NCBI GenBank assembly: GCA_003562775.1
Contig: PWTU01000356.1
Span: 29,505-93,504, forward strand
Reading direction: 5' to 3'
DNA: 64,000 nucleotides
DNA from: Ignavibacteriales bacterium
GTDB taxonomy: Bacteria; Bacteroidota; Ignavibacteria; T3Sed10-11
The notes under the pieces were generated by a model. The model was not told the DNA's origin. It searched no databases and saw only the letters and a program-made list of their open reading frames with translations. Within the stretch, counting starts at the first letter, position 1, and each line of letters begins with the position of its first letter. This document shows, piece by piece, positions 39,683 to 49,517 of this stretch. The position numbers and the translations under genes are program-made.

Positions 39683-42304
39683 CTATATATTATATCTGAC
39701 GCCAAGTATGACCATTCTTCCTGCGGGAGGCATGCCGCTATATTCACGCGACATATCATTCAGAAGATTATATACATTGAAAAATATCTCATGTTCTCTG
39801 AAAAACATATATCTGCCGAAGAAGTCAATCTTCAGATAGGGATGAAACATTTTCTCATAATCACTCAACCGGTTCGATCTGCCTTCGGAATGCCATGCTT
39901 CTACATCGACATCGAGCCGCTCACCGACGTAATACACGTCCATATTAAAACTAAGATTGCGATACGGCGTTATAGCAACGAAAAACGAACCGGCAATATC
40001 CGGAATCCGCAGCAATGTAAATTCATGCGGTTCTTCCTGCCTCAGATCTATAGCTCTGTTCCAGTGAAAAATATGGGTAATGCCAAATTGAATCCACTCA
40101 GTCGGCATAACGTTCGCTTCAATTTCGAGACCCCGGTTTGTAACTCTGCCTCCGTTTATCCACTGATACGCATTAGGATTTTCCACAACCGAAACCGCGC
40201 GGAATGCATCGCGCGTTTCCTGGGAAAAATATGTAGTCGAAAGAGATAGTTTCCCATCGAGTAGGAAATTACTCAACCCCGCCTCCCAGCCGTCCATTAT
40301 CTCCGCACTTAGATCCGGATTAGGAACTTCTACCGGAGGACTCCCGAAAATCATCGAGTAATGAGGATGTCTTATTCCCCGCCCCACGCTGCCACGCAAC
40401 AAGGTAATCCAGGAATCCGATAAATCTAAACGATATCCCACATTCAAAGAAGGACTCATAGGGTAATTAAAGACCTTACCTTTCGCATGTATCTGGTCGA
40501 TCCGAAATCCAACCGTAACATCCAGCTCATCAGCAGAGTAAAACGACCAACTTAAATACTTCCCTACTATGGTTTGTTCCGATCCCTCGTCGAAGACACG
40601 TTCAAACACATTGTTCTCTTCTCTTCGTATATCGCGGCTGCGATCTTCGCGTTGTATTTCAATACCCCCGGAAAAGGCGGCGTGTTCGGTCTCTCCTATC
40701 GAAATAATAAACCTGGAGTTATAATGAAGTGTCGGTCGAATATGCATATCCCGGACACGTTCTGTGATCCATCGTTCCTGCATAATACCGTTTTCGCTCA
40801 TTATTGATCCTTCATTGGTATTATACTCGAGCGTTCCATACATATACTCCGAACCGACGGTAAATTTCTGTTTCCACCAATCGAATAAATTAACATTAAC
40901 GTTTACACTTCCGATACCTCGCTGTTGTCTCGACGATGCATCGGGATTCATAAACGATATATCAGTCAGCGTCTGGATATTCTGGGAATATGGCCATCCG
41001 CTGTCTAATTCACTGAACCGGAACGATCCCCTGACGGAAAACTTATCGGATGGTTTGATTGTTGTACCCGCTGTCACTGCAGATAGCCTGCTTTCACGGT
41101 TCACGAGGATTCCCTCATCTCGTGTATGTCGAATGGTAATTCCGGAAGTAATGACATCGCTGCCGCCCCCGACACTGCCGAAATATTCCTGCCATAATGG
41201 ATCAAATTCATTCGCACTGCTTTTGGCCAGACCACCGGCTGCCGACAACCGGGCGCCGACTGCACCTTCCTTACCGGTATCTGTATAAAGGTTGATGACA
41301 CCTGACATCGCATTTGCGCCATATTTACCGCTTGCCTGCGGTCCACGAAGTATTTCTATACGAGAGAGATTATCAGTAACAAATGTCTCCCAATAGATTC
41401 CATCTACCGGTATGCCATCCACATTTATGCGGACATAGTCCGTAGGATTGTAAAACGATCCCACTCCCCGGAATTGCAAATGACCGGAACCGGCACCCGA
41501 TCCATATTCAAAAAATGTTACTCCCGCGACCCGTGTCCGGAGCACCTGCCCTATTCCCGATCGTCCGGTATTAGTTATTTCATCCTGACCGATATTCGTA
41601 CCCGATACACCCAGTCCACCCGGGTGAGCAAAATTGCTGCGGTCGTCAATAAATATTTCGCCAAAGTTGAAAACGGCGGGATTCAACGCAAAAGATTTAT
41701 AATCACGATCAGTCGATGAAACAAGTATCTCCTGTTCTACCGTTTCATACGCAACATGGCTTGCACGAATTGTGTATCGCCCGACCGGCAAGTCATTTAT
41801 GTGAAATTGACCGTTGCTATTGGTTATAGTTCCAAGCTGAAGTTCTTTGAGGAATATATTAACCCGCGGAATCGGATTACCGGTTACATAGTCGAGCACT
41901 TCGCCAGCCACACCACCGTTCACTTTATATTCAGTAATGCTTGGAATAAGGACAATCCTGCCGGAGGAAGATAACATAATTTCGAGACCGGTTCCCGCAA
42001 TTATCTTTTGCAAAGCCGCAACAGGGGGCTGAAAATGTATGGTAGCAGTGACCGGCCTGTTAAGTTTTTCTTCATTCATACTGTAAACAAGGATGATGCC
42101 GGTCTGATCGCTGAACGCCTTGAGCGCATCAATGAGCGGTGTTCCGTTAAAAGAAAATGCAACGGTTTGTATTAATTCCGTTCGTGAATCACCCGATAGG
42201 AATGAATTGGAATAGAGGGAATTTTGTGCGTAGCTTTGCGATGCTGTCAAAAAAGCTACTACCGATATGATTAATATTTTAGGTAAATGAAACGATGAAT
42301 TCAC
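39683..42304 (-). CDS. TonB-dependent receptor with an N-terminal STN signalling domain and a carboxypeptidase-regulatory-like domain (FecA-type transducer)
   Basis: Signal peptide, STN domain (PLIDALKAFSDQTGIILVY), CarboxypepD_reg-like region (GNPIPRVNIFL...TNSNGQFHINDLPVGRYTI), plug, and a beta-barrel ending ...GVRYNI. Confidence 0.88.
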   Translation of the reverse strand: MNSSFHLPKILIISVVAFLTASQSYAQNSLYSNSFLSGDSRTELIQTVAFSFNGTPLIDALKAFSDQTGIILVYSMNEEKLNRPVTATIHFQPPVAALQKIIAGTGLEIMLSSSGRIVLIPSITEYKVNGGVAGEVLDYVTGNPIPRVNIFLKELQLGTITNSNGQFHINDLPVGRYTIRASHVAYETVEQEILVSSTDRDYKSFALNPAVFNFGEIFIDDRSNFAHPGGLGVSGTNIGQDEITNTGRSGIGQVLRTRVAGVTFFEYGSGAGSGHLQFRGVGSFYNPTDYVRINVDGIPVDGIYWETFVTDNLSRIEILRGPQASGKYGANAMSGVINLYTDTGKEGAVGARLSAAGGLAKSSANEFDPLWQEYFGSVGGGSDVITSGITIRHTRDEGILVNRESRLSAVTAGTTIKPSDKFSVRGSFRFSELDSGWPYSQNIQTLTDISFMNPDASSRQQRGIGSVNVNVNLFDWWKQKFTVGSEYMYGTLEYNTNEGSIMSENGIMQERWITERVRDMHIRPTLHYNSRFIISIGETEHAAFSGGIEIQREDRSRDIRREENNVFERVFDEGSEQTIVGKYLSWSFYSADELDVTVGFRIDQIHAKGKVFNYPMSPSLNVGYRLDLSDSWITLLRGSVGRGIRHPHYSMIFGSPPVEVPNPDLSAEIMDGWEAGLSNFLLDGKLSLSTTYFSQETRDAFRAVSVVENPNAYQWINGGRVTNRGLEIEANVMPTEWIQFGITHIFHWNRAIDLRQEEPHEFTLLRIPDIAGSFFVAITPYRNLSFNMDVYYVGERLDVDVEAWHSEGRSNRLSDYEKMFHPYLKIDFFGRYMFFREHEIFFNVYNLLNDMSREYSGMPPAGRMVILGVRYNI

Positions 42305-42384
42305 CGCTTCCTCCTCAAAAACGTTTAATACAAATAGCCGATATTAAACGAATGTAGTACTACGATTATGCGCATATTTGGTGT

Positions 42385-43314
42385 TCAGTCGGGTTGATAT
42401 AAGATATAAGTATTTTCTTCCCGACGGTAACGAAGGTTTGCCGACCAGCAAATTTCGTTTAGTATTTGCGTGAGAGGTTCTTGACCGAATTCACCGGTCA
42501 CCCGAATATCTTCAAGGTTGGTGCCGTGTAAATCGATACGGACATTATACGCACGCTCAAGATTTTGAATAACATCACTGAGCGGTGTTTGCTCGAATAC
42601 AAACCGCCCTATCCGCCATGAGAGATATTTTTCGATATCGACGGGTAAGGGTTCAACAGCGGGAGTGTTTCTCTTTTTCATGCTCTTATGTCCCGCTGGT
42701 ATCCGAACAACCGTATCAATGTCTTCGTCCGGTAACCCTCGTATTGACACGAGACCCGATTCTACCGCCACTTCAACTTCTTGCTCATTCGCTCGGACAT
42801 TAAATGCCGTACCGACAACTTGTACAACACCTGCATCAGTCATAACCTCGAACCCCTCAGGTGCTTTACTTACATTAAAATAAGCTTCTCCGGATAAAAA
42901 TACAAGTCCAGGAGCAATCTTATCATCGTCCGCCACGACCTTCAGATCGGTCTCGGAATTGAGTTGAACATAGATGTGATCTGTGATATGGAATTCATAC
43001 TTTTCACCGCTTCCTGTACTATAGAGCACAGTATCATATTGCACGGATGTGATGTCCATCACATCATTCTGAGTGGTATAGAAATAGATAACACCTGCAC
43101 CGATTAAGACTAAAAATGCGGCTGCAGCCCTGTAAATCCAGGAAAATGAAATATTTCTATCCACATCCCGACCGTGGCTGACGGCCGTTTCAGTTAAAAT
43201 CCTACTCTCCAAATCATCCGATGGGTGGGGAACTGAATTGAAGATATGCCACACTGCATCAGTTTGCCGTTTGTTCTGATGCTTCGAATCGCTATTTTTT
43301 CCCCGTTTTGTCAT
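42385..43314 (-). CDS. FecR-family anti-sigma factor / transmembrane sensor
   Basis: One TM helix (AAAAFLVLIGAGVIYF), a FecR domain, and a C-terminal DUF4974-like segment (PLSDVIQNLERAYNVRI). Confidence 0.85.
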   Translation of the reverse strand: MTKRGKNSDSKHQNKRQTDAVWHIFNSVPHPSDDLESRILTETAVSHGRDVDRNISFSWIYRAAAAFLVLIGAGVIYFYTTQNDVMDITSVQYDTVLYSTGSGEKYEFHITDHIYVQLNSETDLKVVADDDKIAPGLVFLSGEAYFNVSKAPEGFEVMTDAGVVQVVGTAFNVRANEQEVEVAVESGLVSIRGLPDEDIDTVVRIPAGHKSMKKRNTPAVEPLPVDIEKYLSWRIGRFVFEQTPLSDVIQNLERAYNVRIDLHGTNLEDIRVTGEFGQEPLTQILNEICWSANLRYRREENTYILYQPD

Positions 43315-43381
43315 ATTTTGGTTTTTGTACTAAAATTTTAAGGCTGTTATATAGATAGATACAATGAGTATGCCAAATTCC

Positions 43382-44005
43382 CTATTCAACCTCTATATGA
43401 TGTCTTAATTTTTTATATAAAATGCTAACGGCACGTTGAATTTGATTTCCGACCGTTTTAACCGAAATATTCAATTCTCTGGCAATTTCCTTTTGACTGA
43501 TCCCTTCAAATCGATGCATCCTGAAAATGAGTCCGCACCGCTCGGGCAATGCCTGCAGTGCTTCGATAATGTCTTTTTCCAGCAATGTATTCTCAATATG
43601 AGCCGCCGATTGAATATCGACGGCAGACACTATTCTCTCATCGCGATCATCTTGTGAAGCTGAACCTATACTGCTGCCCGTTATGGGACGTTGTTTCTGA
43701 ATATACCGTATGCACCGGTTTTATATAGATTTTAACAAATAGCCCTGTAAGGTTTCATTCGGGTGCCAGGTTTTTCGCTTAGTCCAAATTTCAGTGAAAA
43801 GATCCTGCACAATGTCTTCAGCCATATGTTGATCACCCAAATACTGCCAGGCATAAAAGTACAGGCGCTTGGTGTAGTATCTCACAAGCTCCTTAAATGC
43901 TTCTTCACTGCCTCCGTTAATGAGGTCTATGATGCGTGATTCTTCTTCTTTTGTCAGATTTTTGTTGACACTCAATAGAAGATCCTTACTGTGATAAGAA
44001 GTCAT
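43382..44005 (-). pseudogene. ECF (sigma-70 family) sigma factor reading frame interrupted by one in-frame TAA (43721..43723)
   Basis: Region 2 is in ORF 43721..44005 (AEDIVQDLFTEIW...GYLLKSI). Region 4 is in ORF 43382..43630 (LPERCGLIFRMHRFEGISQKEIARELNISVKTV). The two are in the same frame, and the read-through gives ...YLLKSI*NRCIRYIQKQRP..., which is the conserved ECF segment. Confidence 0.8.
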
Positions 44006-44069
44006 GTCTTAATTAAAATCTTTCTATAATCTAAGATACTCTTTATAATCCCACAATGTCAACGGTGTA

Positions 44070-46718
44070 TCAATAGATACCCCTTACACTACCGCGCTTT
44101 GTGACTTTTAGATCACGAAGATGAGCAGCTTTTACCTGTATTTCAAGACGGTAATGCTGGTTAAATCCGGTCGGCACCCATTGGAAAAATAATTCCCAGC
44201 AATGCAAATCACGCGTAATCGTGATGGAGGGTGTAGTAAAATCACCGTTAATCATATCATACCCGCTCGATGCACGAATGTTCCACTTCTCAGTTAAATT
44301 GATATTCATACTCGCGCGTATATTCGAACTCCTCCTGATATTACGCGGATCACTCTCATTGTAATTAAAATTCCAGGAGAAAGAAATATCCCAGGGTATC
44401 CCTACCGCCGGGCGATGATGATAATCATAATAATGAATATCTCTTGCATATGGATTCATCGGATGAATAAGATCCGGAAAACCGTATGGCAACTGTGCAC
44501 TATTTGAACCGCCGCGAAGCGATGTACTTAAGCTTATACGAAAATCCTGAAACCGCACCAAGGATCCTGTTTCATTGAATTGATACCGGTTAACTCTTCT
44601 TCCAAGCTCATTATCAAAAGCATACACCGAAAACGATGCACCGCCGGATATCGACAAGCTTCCGATTGACGTTCTGAAATTGGTGGATATATCACTAAAC
44701 CGTAAGCTGTCTGCCGCAAAATTATAACCGGTTGTAAAATTAAGATTTAAGAGCTGATACCGCCGTTCATCTTCAGAGGTATCGGCCGGCGCTGTTTTCA
44801 TCTCAAACAGATTACCCACCGATACCGAAATCCGCTGCTGTTCACCCATTGGAGCACTCGGAAACATCTGCCCTCCATACATATTATACTTTTTGCGATC
44901 TCCCGTTTCGGGATTCTCAAAGTAATCATAATATCCCCACCATGTTGATGAAAAATCGGGACGGAAACTATACGATATGTTCGGGGTAATGGTATGTCTG
45001 AATCCGGTTATATTTCCGATCCGCGGCTGAAAGATTCCATAGATCGTCGTCTGCAATGAAACACCGGTGTTAAAATATCGTACCGGGAAAAATCCACGCT
45101 CCGTACGCGTTGCCGTTACACTGTCTTCTTCATCCCAGTATCTTATCTCCCGTTCGGTAAACCATGTTTCAGAGTACTGGAAATTCGGCGTATAGGTTAT
45201 AAATCCTCCCCGTTGCGACGCTGAGACATTAATATTGTGCGTTGCACCTGCTTGATACTCGGTCGTTAGCGAAGCATCGTCGGCATCATTCTCGAGGGTT
45301 GTATTTATAAAATTTCTTGCATTGCCTGAATACGTATATCCAATGAGCTCGTACCATTTATACGGTTGCCCGGGGCTTCTGCTGCGGGCATCGCGCCTGA
45401 ATGGATATGCGGTGGTTCTGTTGAAGGATATATTCGGCAATATCCATTGCACCTCATCCGTCCGGATATTATGATCACGATTCACGTTTATCGTCATGCT
45501 GTTGTTCGAGCCCTCCCAGCGCTTAGAATATGTTGCGTTGGAGATGATATTCTGTGTGAGATATTCATCGAAATCGAGACTCGTTGCCCGGAAATATTCT
45601 CCCGTCATATAATTAAAGTTCACATCGATTCGCGAAGTCGGATCGATTTCCTGACTGTGACGTACAAAGATCCGATAATCACGCTGTTCGGTTCGCTGCG
45701 GATCATCACGTTCTCCGCTGAATGTATAGCTCGTAGAAGCATTTACGGAACCGCTGAATTTATAACGTAAATTATACCTGAGATTCGCATCCAGCTTCCA
45801 GCCACCCTTGGTGTACCAATCTGCGGTTGTACTTAAATCCATATAATCGTTTATCGCCCAATAATAGCCGATATTGGTCAGGAAACGTCCCCGTTGCACC
45901 GACTCTCCAAATGTCGGTGCGATAAACCCGGATCTCCTGCCGCTTTGAGCAGGAAAAACACCGAACGGAACAACGAAAACCGGAACATCCATAATATAGA
46001 GGTAAATAGGAGCGGCGGATACACTGCTTCGCGGCACAACCCGCATACGCGGACTATAAAAATGAAAATGCGGGTGATCCGGGTTATCGCAGGTCGTATA
46101 CCAGCCGTCGGCTAAATAGAGCACATCATTCTCCATTTTTTTTGCTGCTTTTCCGTGATAATACCCTTGTTCAATCTCGGTATCGGTTAATGTCATCCTT
46201 CCACGTTGCGTTCCGAAGTTATATGCAATGGTATATCCTTCATACTCTTCGGGTCCGTCACGCATCACCGGTAACCCTGTATAATACTTTTTTAATCCTC
46301 TTCCGCTTGATAGTTCTCCTTCAATGACGGTATCCTTCCGTACCCCTTCCGCAAACAATTCCGATTTATCCCAATCAAATGTGATATGGGCTGCCCTGAG
46401 TTGCATCCTGCGATAGCGTATATCTCCCTCGTTATACAACCTCATTTTACGTTCCCGTACCGTGTACACCACCGAATCTTGCGCAGAATAGGTTACAACA
46501 GTGTCTATTCCCGAAGGGACATATTCATCCTGATCGATAAAAAGGGTATCTCCCTCCTCGGTAATCAGCGTATCTATAATCCCGCTTTCAACATCGAGCG
46601 TATCATTGTCCTGTATAACAGCAACCGTATCCTGCAACATAAAAGAAAATACCGTGGCCGGGAACACTATCGATACAACGACCGATACCAACAAGAAATG
46701 GAGAAAAGAGGTTTGCAT
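44070..46718 (-). CDS. lptD: LptD-like outer-membrane LPS-assembly protein (FCB-group long form)
   Basis: 882 aa. Signal-anchor N-terminus, an OstA-like N-region, and a long beta-barrel rich in aromatic/Gly strands. The assignment is by overall resemblance only. Confidence 0.65.
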   Translation of the reverse strand: MQTSFLHFLLVSVVVSIVFPATVFSFMLQDTVAVIQDNDTLDVESGIIDTLITEEGDTLFIDQDEYVPSGIDTVVTYSAQDSVVYTVRERKMRLYNEGDIRYRRMQLRAAHITFDWDKSELFAEGVRKDTVIEGELSSGRGLKKYYTGLPVMRDGPEEYEGYTIAYNFGTQRGRMTLTDTEIEQGYYHGKAAKKMENDVLYLADGWYTTCDNPDHPHFHFYSPRMRVVPRSSVSAAPIYLYIMDVPVFVVPFGVFPAQSGRRSGFIAPTFGESVQRGRFLTNIGYYWAINDYMDLSTTADWYTKGGWKLDANLRYNLRYKFSGSVNASTSYTFSGERDDPQRTEQRDYRIFVRHSQEIDPTSRIDVNFNYMTGEYFRATSLDFDEYLTQNIISNATYSKRWEGSNNSMTINVNRDHNIRTDEVQWILPNISFNRTTAYPFRRDARSRSPGQPYKWYELIGYTYSGNARNFINTTLENDADDASLTTEYQAGATHNINVSASQRGGFITYTPNFQYSETWFTEREIRYWDEEDSVTATRTERGFFPVRYFNTGVSLQTTIYGIFQPRIGNITGFRHTITPNISYSFRPDFSSTWWGYYDYFENPETGDRKKYNMYGGQMFPSAPMGEQQRISVSVGNLFEMKTAPADTSEDERRYQLLNLNFTTGYNFAADSLRFSDISTNFRTSIGSLSISGGASFSVYAFDNELGRRVNRYQFNETGSLVRFQDFRISLSTSLRGGSNSAQLPYGFPDLIHPMNPYARDIHYYDYHHRPAVGIPWDISFSWNFNYNESDPRNIRRSSNIRASMNINLTEKWNIRASSGYDMINGDFTTPSITITRDLHCWELFFQWVPTGFNQHYRLEIQVKAAHLRDLKVTKRGSVRGIY

Positions 46719-46731
46719 AATTCAATTATCC

Positions 46732-47685
46732 TCACATCACTAATCCGCCGGCGCCTAATATACCCGCTTGATTGCCGAGCTGAGCGGGTATTACACGAGC
46801 TACGGGACGGAGCGGCGCCATCACACGTTTCTTTACTTGCTCATTCATCGGTTTAAATACAAGGTCTCCGGCAGCAGACACGCCGCCGCCTACTATACCA
46901 AGATCAAAATTCATTATATTCATAAAAGACGAAATAGCAACACCGAGCAATTCGCCCGCTTCACTCATTATCTCTGTCGCAGCCGCATCTCCCTTCGATG
47001 CTGCATCATACAATATGCGCGGATCAATTTCCGATGCATTGCCGTTTACAAGTTTCCAAACTAACGAATCGGTTTTATCTTTCAGATACCGTACTGCCCT
47101 GGCTGATAGATATCTCTGCCCTATGTAACTTTCTATGCATCCGATATTTCCGCAGTTACATACCGGGCCGTCATACTCAATTGAAGCATGACCGAATTCG
47201 CCACCACCGCCGTGGGGTCCGTGATAAATTTTGCCATCCATAATTATTCCGCCGCCGACGCCGGTTCCCCAAATAACGAAGAGAAAGTTTTTCTCACCTC
47301 TTCCGGCACCAAACTTTGCTTCTGCGAGCGCTGCAGCATTCGCATCATTTTCGATGCGCAAAGGTATGCTGACACCTAAGCCGTTCGCTATTGAATCGCG
47401 AAGAGGAAATGAATCCCAATTTTTGAAATTAGGCGGCGCTTCTACGGTATTGCCATCGAGACCGACCAATCCCGGACTCACAACTCCTATACCGGCGATT
47501 TCATTTCCATTTGCCTTTGCAGTAATTTCATTAATGGCTTTAATAATCTGTTTTACAACTATCTCAGGTCCTTTATCTGCTTGGGTTGGAATAGACAATT
47601 GATCAATTATCGTTCCGCCAAATGATACAATTCCCGCTTTGACGGTCGTTCCGCCGAGGTCAACCCCTATTACATATTTATTCAT
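46732..47685 (-). CDS. ROK-family glucokinase
   Basis: GVDLGGTTVKAG ATP motif and the ROK zinc motif CNCGNIGCIESY. Confidence 0.85.
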   Translation of the reverse strand: MNKYVIGVDLGGTTVKAGIVSFGGTIIDQLSIPTQADKGPEIVVKQIIKAINEITAKANGNEIAGIGVVSPGLVGLDGNTVEAPPNFKNWDSFPLRDSIANGLGVSIPLRIENDANAAALAEAKFGAGRGEKNFLFVIWGTGVGGGIIMDGKIYHGPHGGGGEFGHASIEYDGPVCNCGNIGCIESYIGQRYLSARAVRYLKDKTDSLVWKLVNGNASEIDPRILYDAASKGDAAATEIMSEAGELLGVAISSFMNIMNFDLGIVGGGVSAAGDLVFKPMNEQVKKRVMAPLRPVARVIPAQLGNQAGILGAGGLVM

Positions 47686-47692
47686 CGTCTGT

Positions 47693-49027
47693 TTATCTTT
47701 TTTTATTCTTCCATAATGAATTTAATCGTTCACGAATCGTTCCTTCTCGACCGGAATCGGTTGGTTTATAATAAATTGTATTTTTTAAAGATGCCGGTAA
47801 ATGGTCTTGCTCGACAAACCCTCCCGCATAATCATGTGCGTATCTGTATGTATTACCGTATCCAAGCTCTTTCATGAAGGATGTCGGTGCATTGCGCAGA
47901 TGGAGGGGAACGGGTTCGTTTGGTTTGTTCTTCACATCCTTCAGTGCGTGTTCAATTGCCATATATGCGGCATTACTTTTGGGCGCCGATGCCAGATATG
48001 TTGCACACTGCGACAATATGATACGCGCTTCGGGCATTCCGATATAGTGGATGGCGGTAAAACAATTCGTCGCAAGAACAACTGCAAACGGATCGGCATT
48101 GCCGATATCTTCCGATGCAAGTATGACCAATCGCCTTGCAATGAACTTCGGATCTTCCCCTCCCTCGAGCATCCGGGCAAGCCAGTAAACGGATGCATCG
48201 GGATCGCTTCCCCGCATACTTTTAATAAAAGCCGATATAATATTGTAATGTTCCTCTCCACTTTTGTCATACTTTGCATAACGATATTGAAATGCTTCAC
48301 GGATCAGTTCCGGGGTAACTTGTAATTCTACCGATCCTTCCTGATTGGACAAAGCAAGCTGCACTGCGGTTTCGAGTCCGTTCAACATCGAACGCGCATC
48401 CCCTCCTGCGAGAAGCATCAGCAGATTCCTGTCGTCAATCTTAATAGTATATTTTACCAGGTACTCGTCGTGTCGCATTGCATGTTCAAGTATTTTATCG
48501 AGATCATTTTTCGTCAGAGATTCCAGTATATATACCCGCGATCTTGATAATAACGGGCCGATGACTTCAAATGACGGATTCTCCGTGGTGGCGCCTATTA
48601 ACGTTACAATCCCTTCCTCAACGGAATGCAAAAGTGCATCTTGCTGTGCTTTGTTGAAGCGATGTATTTCATCGATAAAGAGCAACGTTTTTCTGTTGGC
48701 GTTTTTTAAATTACGCTCGGCCCGTGCAATGATTTCACGAACATCTTTCACGCCCGATGAAACGGCATTGAGCTGATAAAAGTCGGCATCTGAATGCACT
48801 GCAATCAACCTCGCCAGTGTTGTTTTACCGACGCCGGGAGGTCCCCAGAAAATCATAGACCAGAGTTGTCTCCGCTCGATCATTAACCGGAGCGGCTTTC
48901 CCGCTCCGACAATGTGCTCCTGTCCGACAAATTCATCGATCGATGTCGGTCGTATACGTTCGGCAAGTGGCGTTATCTCGGAACGTTTTTGCTTCAATTG
49001 TATTTTACTTTCAGAAAAAAGATCCAT
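47693..49027 (-). CDS. rarA: replication-associated recombination protein A (AAA+ ATPase)
   Basis: RPTSIDEFVGQEH, Walker A GPPGVGKTT, Walker B FIDEIHRF, and the MgsA C-domain (ARRL..ASEDIG). I prefer start ATG 49027 (MDLFSE). Confidence 0.92.
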   Translation of the reverse strand: MDLFSESKIQLKQKRSEITPLAERIRPTSIDEFVGQEHIVGAGKPLRLMIERRQLWSMIFWGPPGVGKTTLARLIAVHSDADFYQLNAVSSGVKDVREIIARAERNLKNANRKTLLFIDEIHRFNKAQQDALLHSVEEGIVTLIGATTENPSFEVIGPLLSRSRVYILESLTKNDLDKILEHAMRHDEYLVKYTIKIDDRNLLMLLAGGDARSMLNGLETAVQLALSNQEGSVELQVTPELIREAFQYRYAKYDKSGEEHYNIISAFIKSMRGSDPDASVYWLARMLEGGEDPKFIARRLVILASEDIGNADPFAVVLATNCFTAIHYIGMPEARIILSQCATYLASAPKSNAAYMAIEHALKDVKNKPNEPVPLHLRNAPTSFMKELGYGNTYRYAHDYAGGFVEQDHLPASLKNTIYYKPTDSGREGTIRERLNSLWKNKKR

Positions 49028-49132
49028 TTCACATTCAAAAAAAAACCAACACACCCGTAACAAGAGTCATCACTGCCGGGAATGTTGGTTGACTATTAAA
49101 CAAGTACTTATGATGTTCACTTAAATCCGGAG

Positions 49133-49474
49133 TTATTCTTCCGCAATTCGATAAACAGTTTCACCGGTGCGAATCATACCGTGACGCTCACGGGCAATTG
49201 TTTCGATGAATTCATTGTCATTCGAAACCCGTTCAAGCTGCTTATTGAGCACTTCGGTTTCTTTTTCTGCTTCTTCCACCCGCTCGATCATTTTTTGTTT
49301 TTCTAATTCGAGATTTACGCGTTGAAGAACACCTCTGTTGCCTAATACAACGTAGCCAAGAATAACAACAATTATCCCGATTTTCCATATTGCACCCCGC
49401 CGCAACATTCGTGGAAGCGAATGTTGCAATAATCGCACACCTAATTTTTTCTTACGGAGATATTTGTCGTTCAT
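49133..49474 (-). CDS. ftsB: septum formation initiator (FtsB/DivIC family)
   Basis: One TM helix, then a coiled coil, then IARERHGMIRTGETVYRI, which is typical of DivIC/FtsB. Confidence 0.75.
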   Translation of the reverse strand: MNDKYLRKKKLGVRLLQHSLPRMLRRGAIWKIGIIVVILGYVVLGNRGVLQRVNLELEKQKMIERVEEAEKETEVLNKQLERVSNDNEFIETIARERHGMIRTGETVYRIAEE

Positions 49475-49517
49475 TATTGAAAAATACTAACTTACAGGAT
49501 TATTTGCAAGCATCGCT

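Noticed and set aside
39620-40249. 209-aa + strand ORF at the 3' end of the TonB-dependent receptor
   Set aside because: It lies almost entirely antisense to the conserved C-terminal barrel strands of the receptor. It has no motifs and an odd composition.
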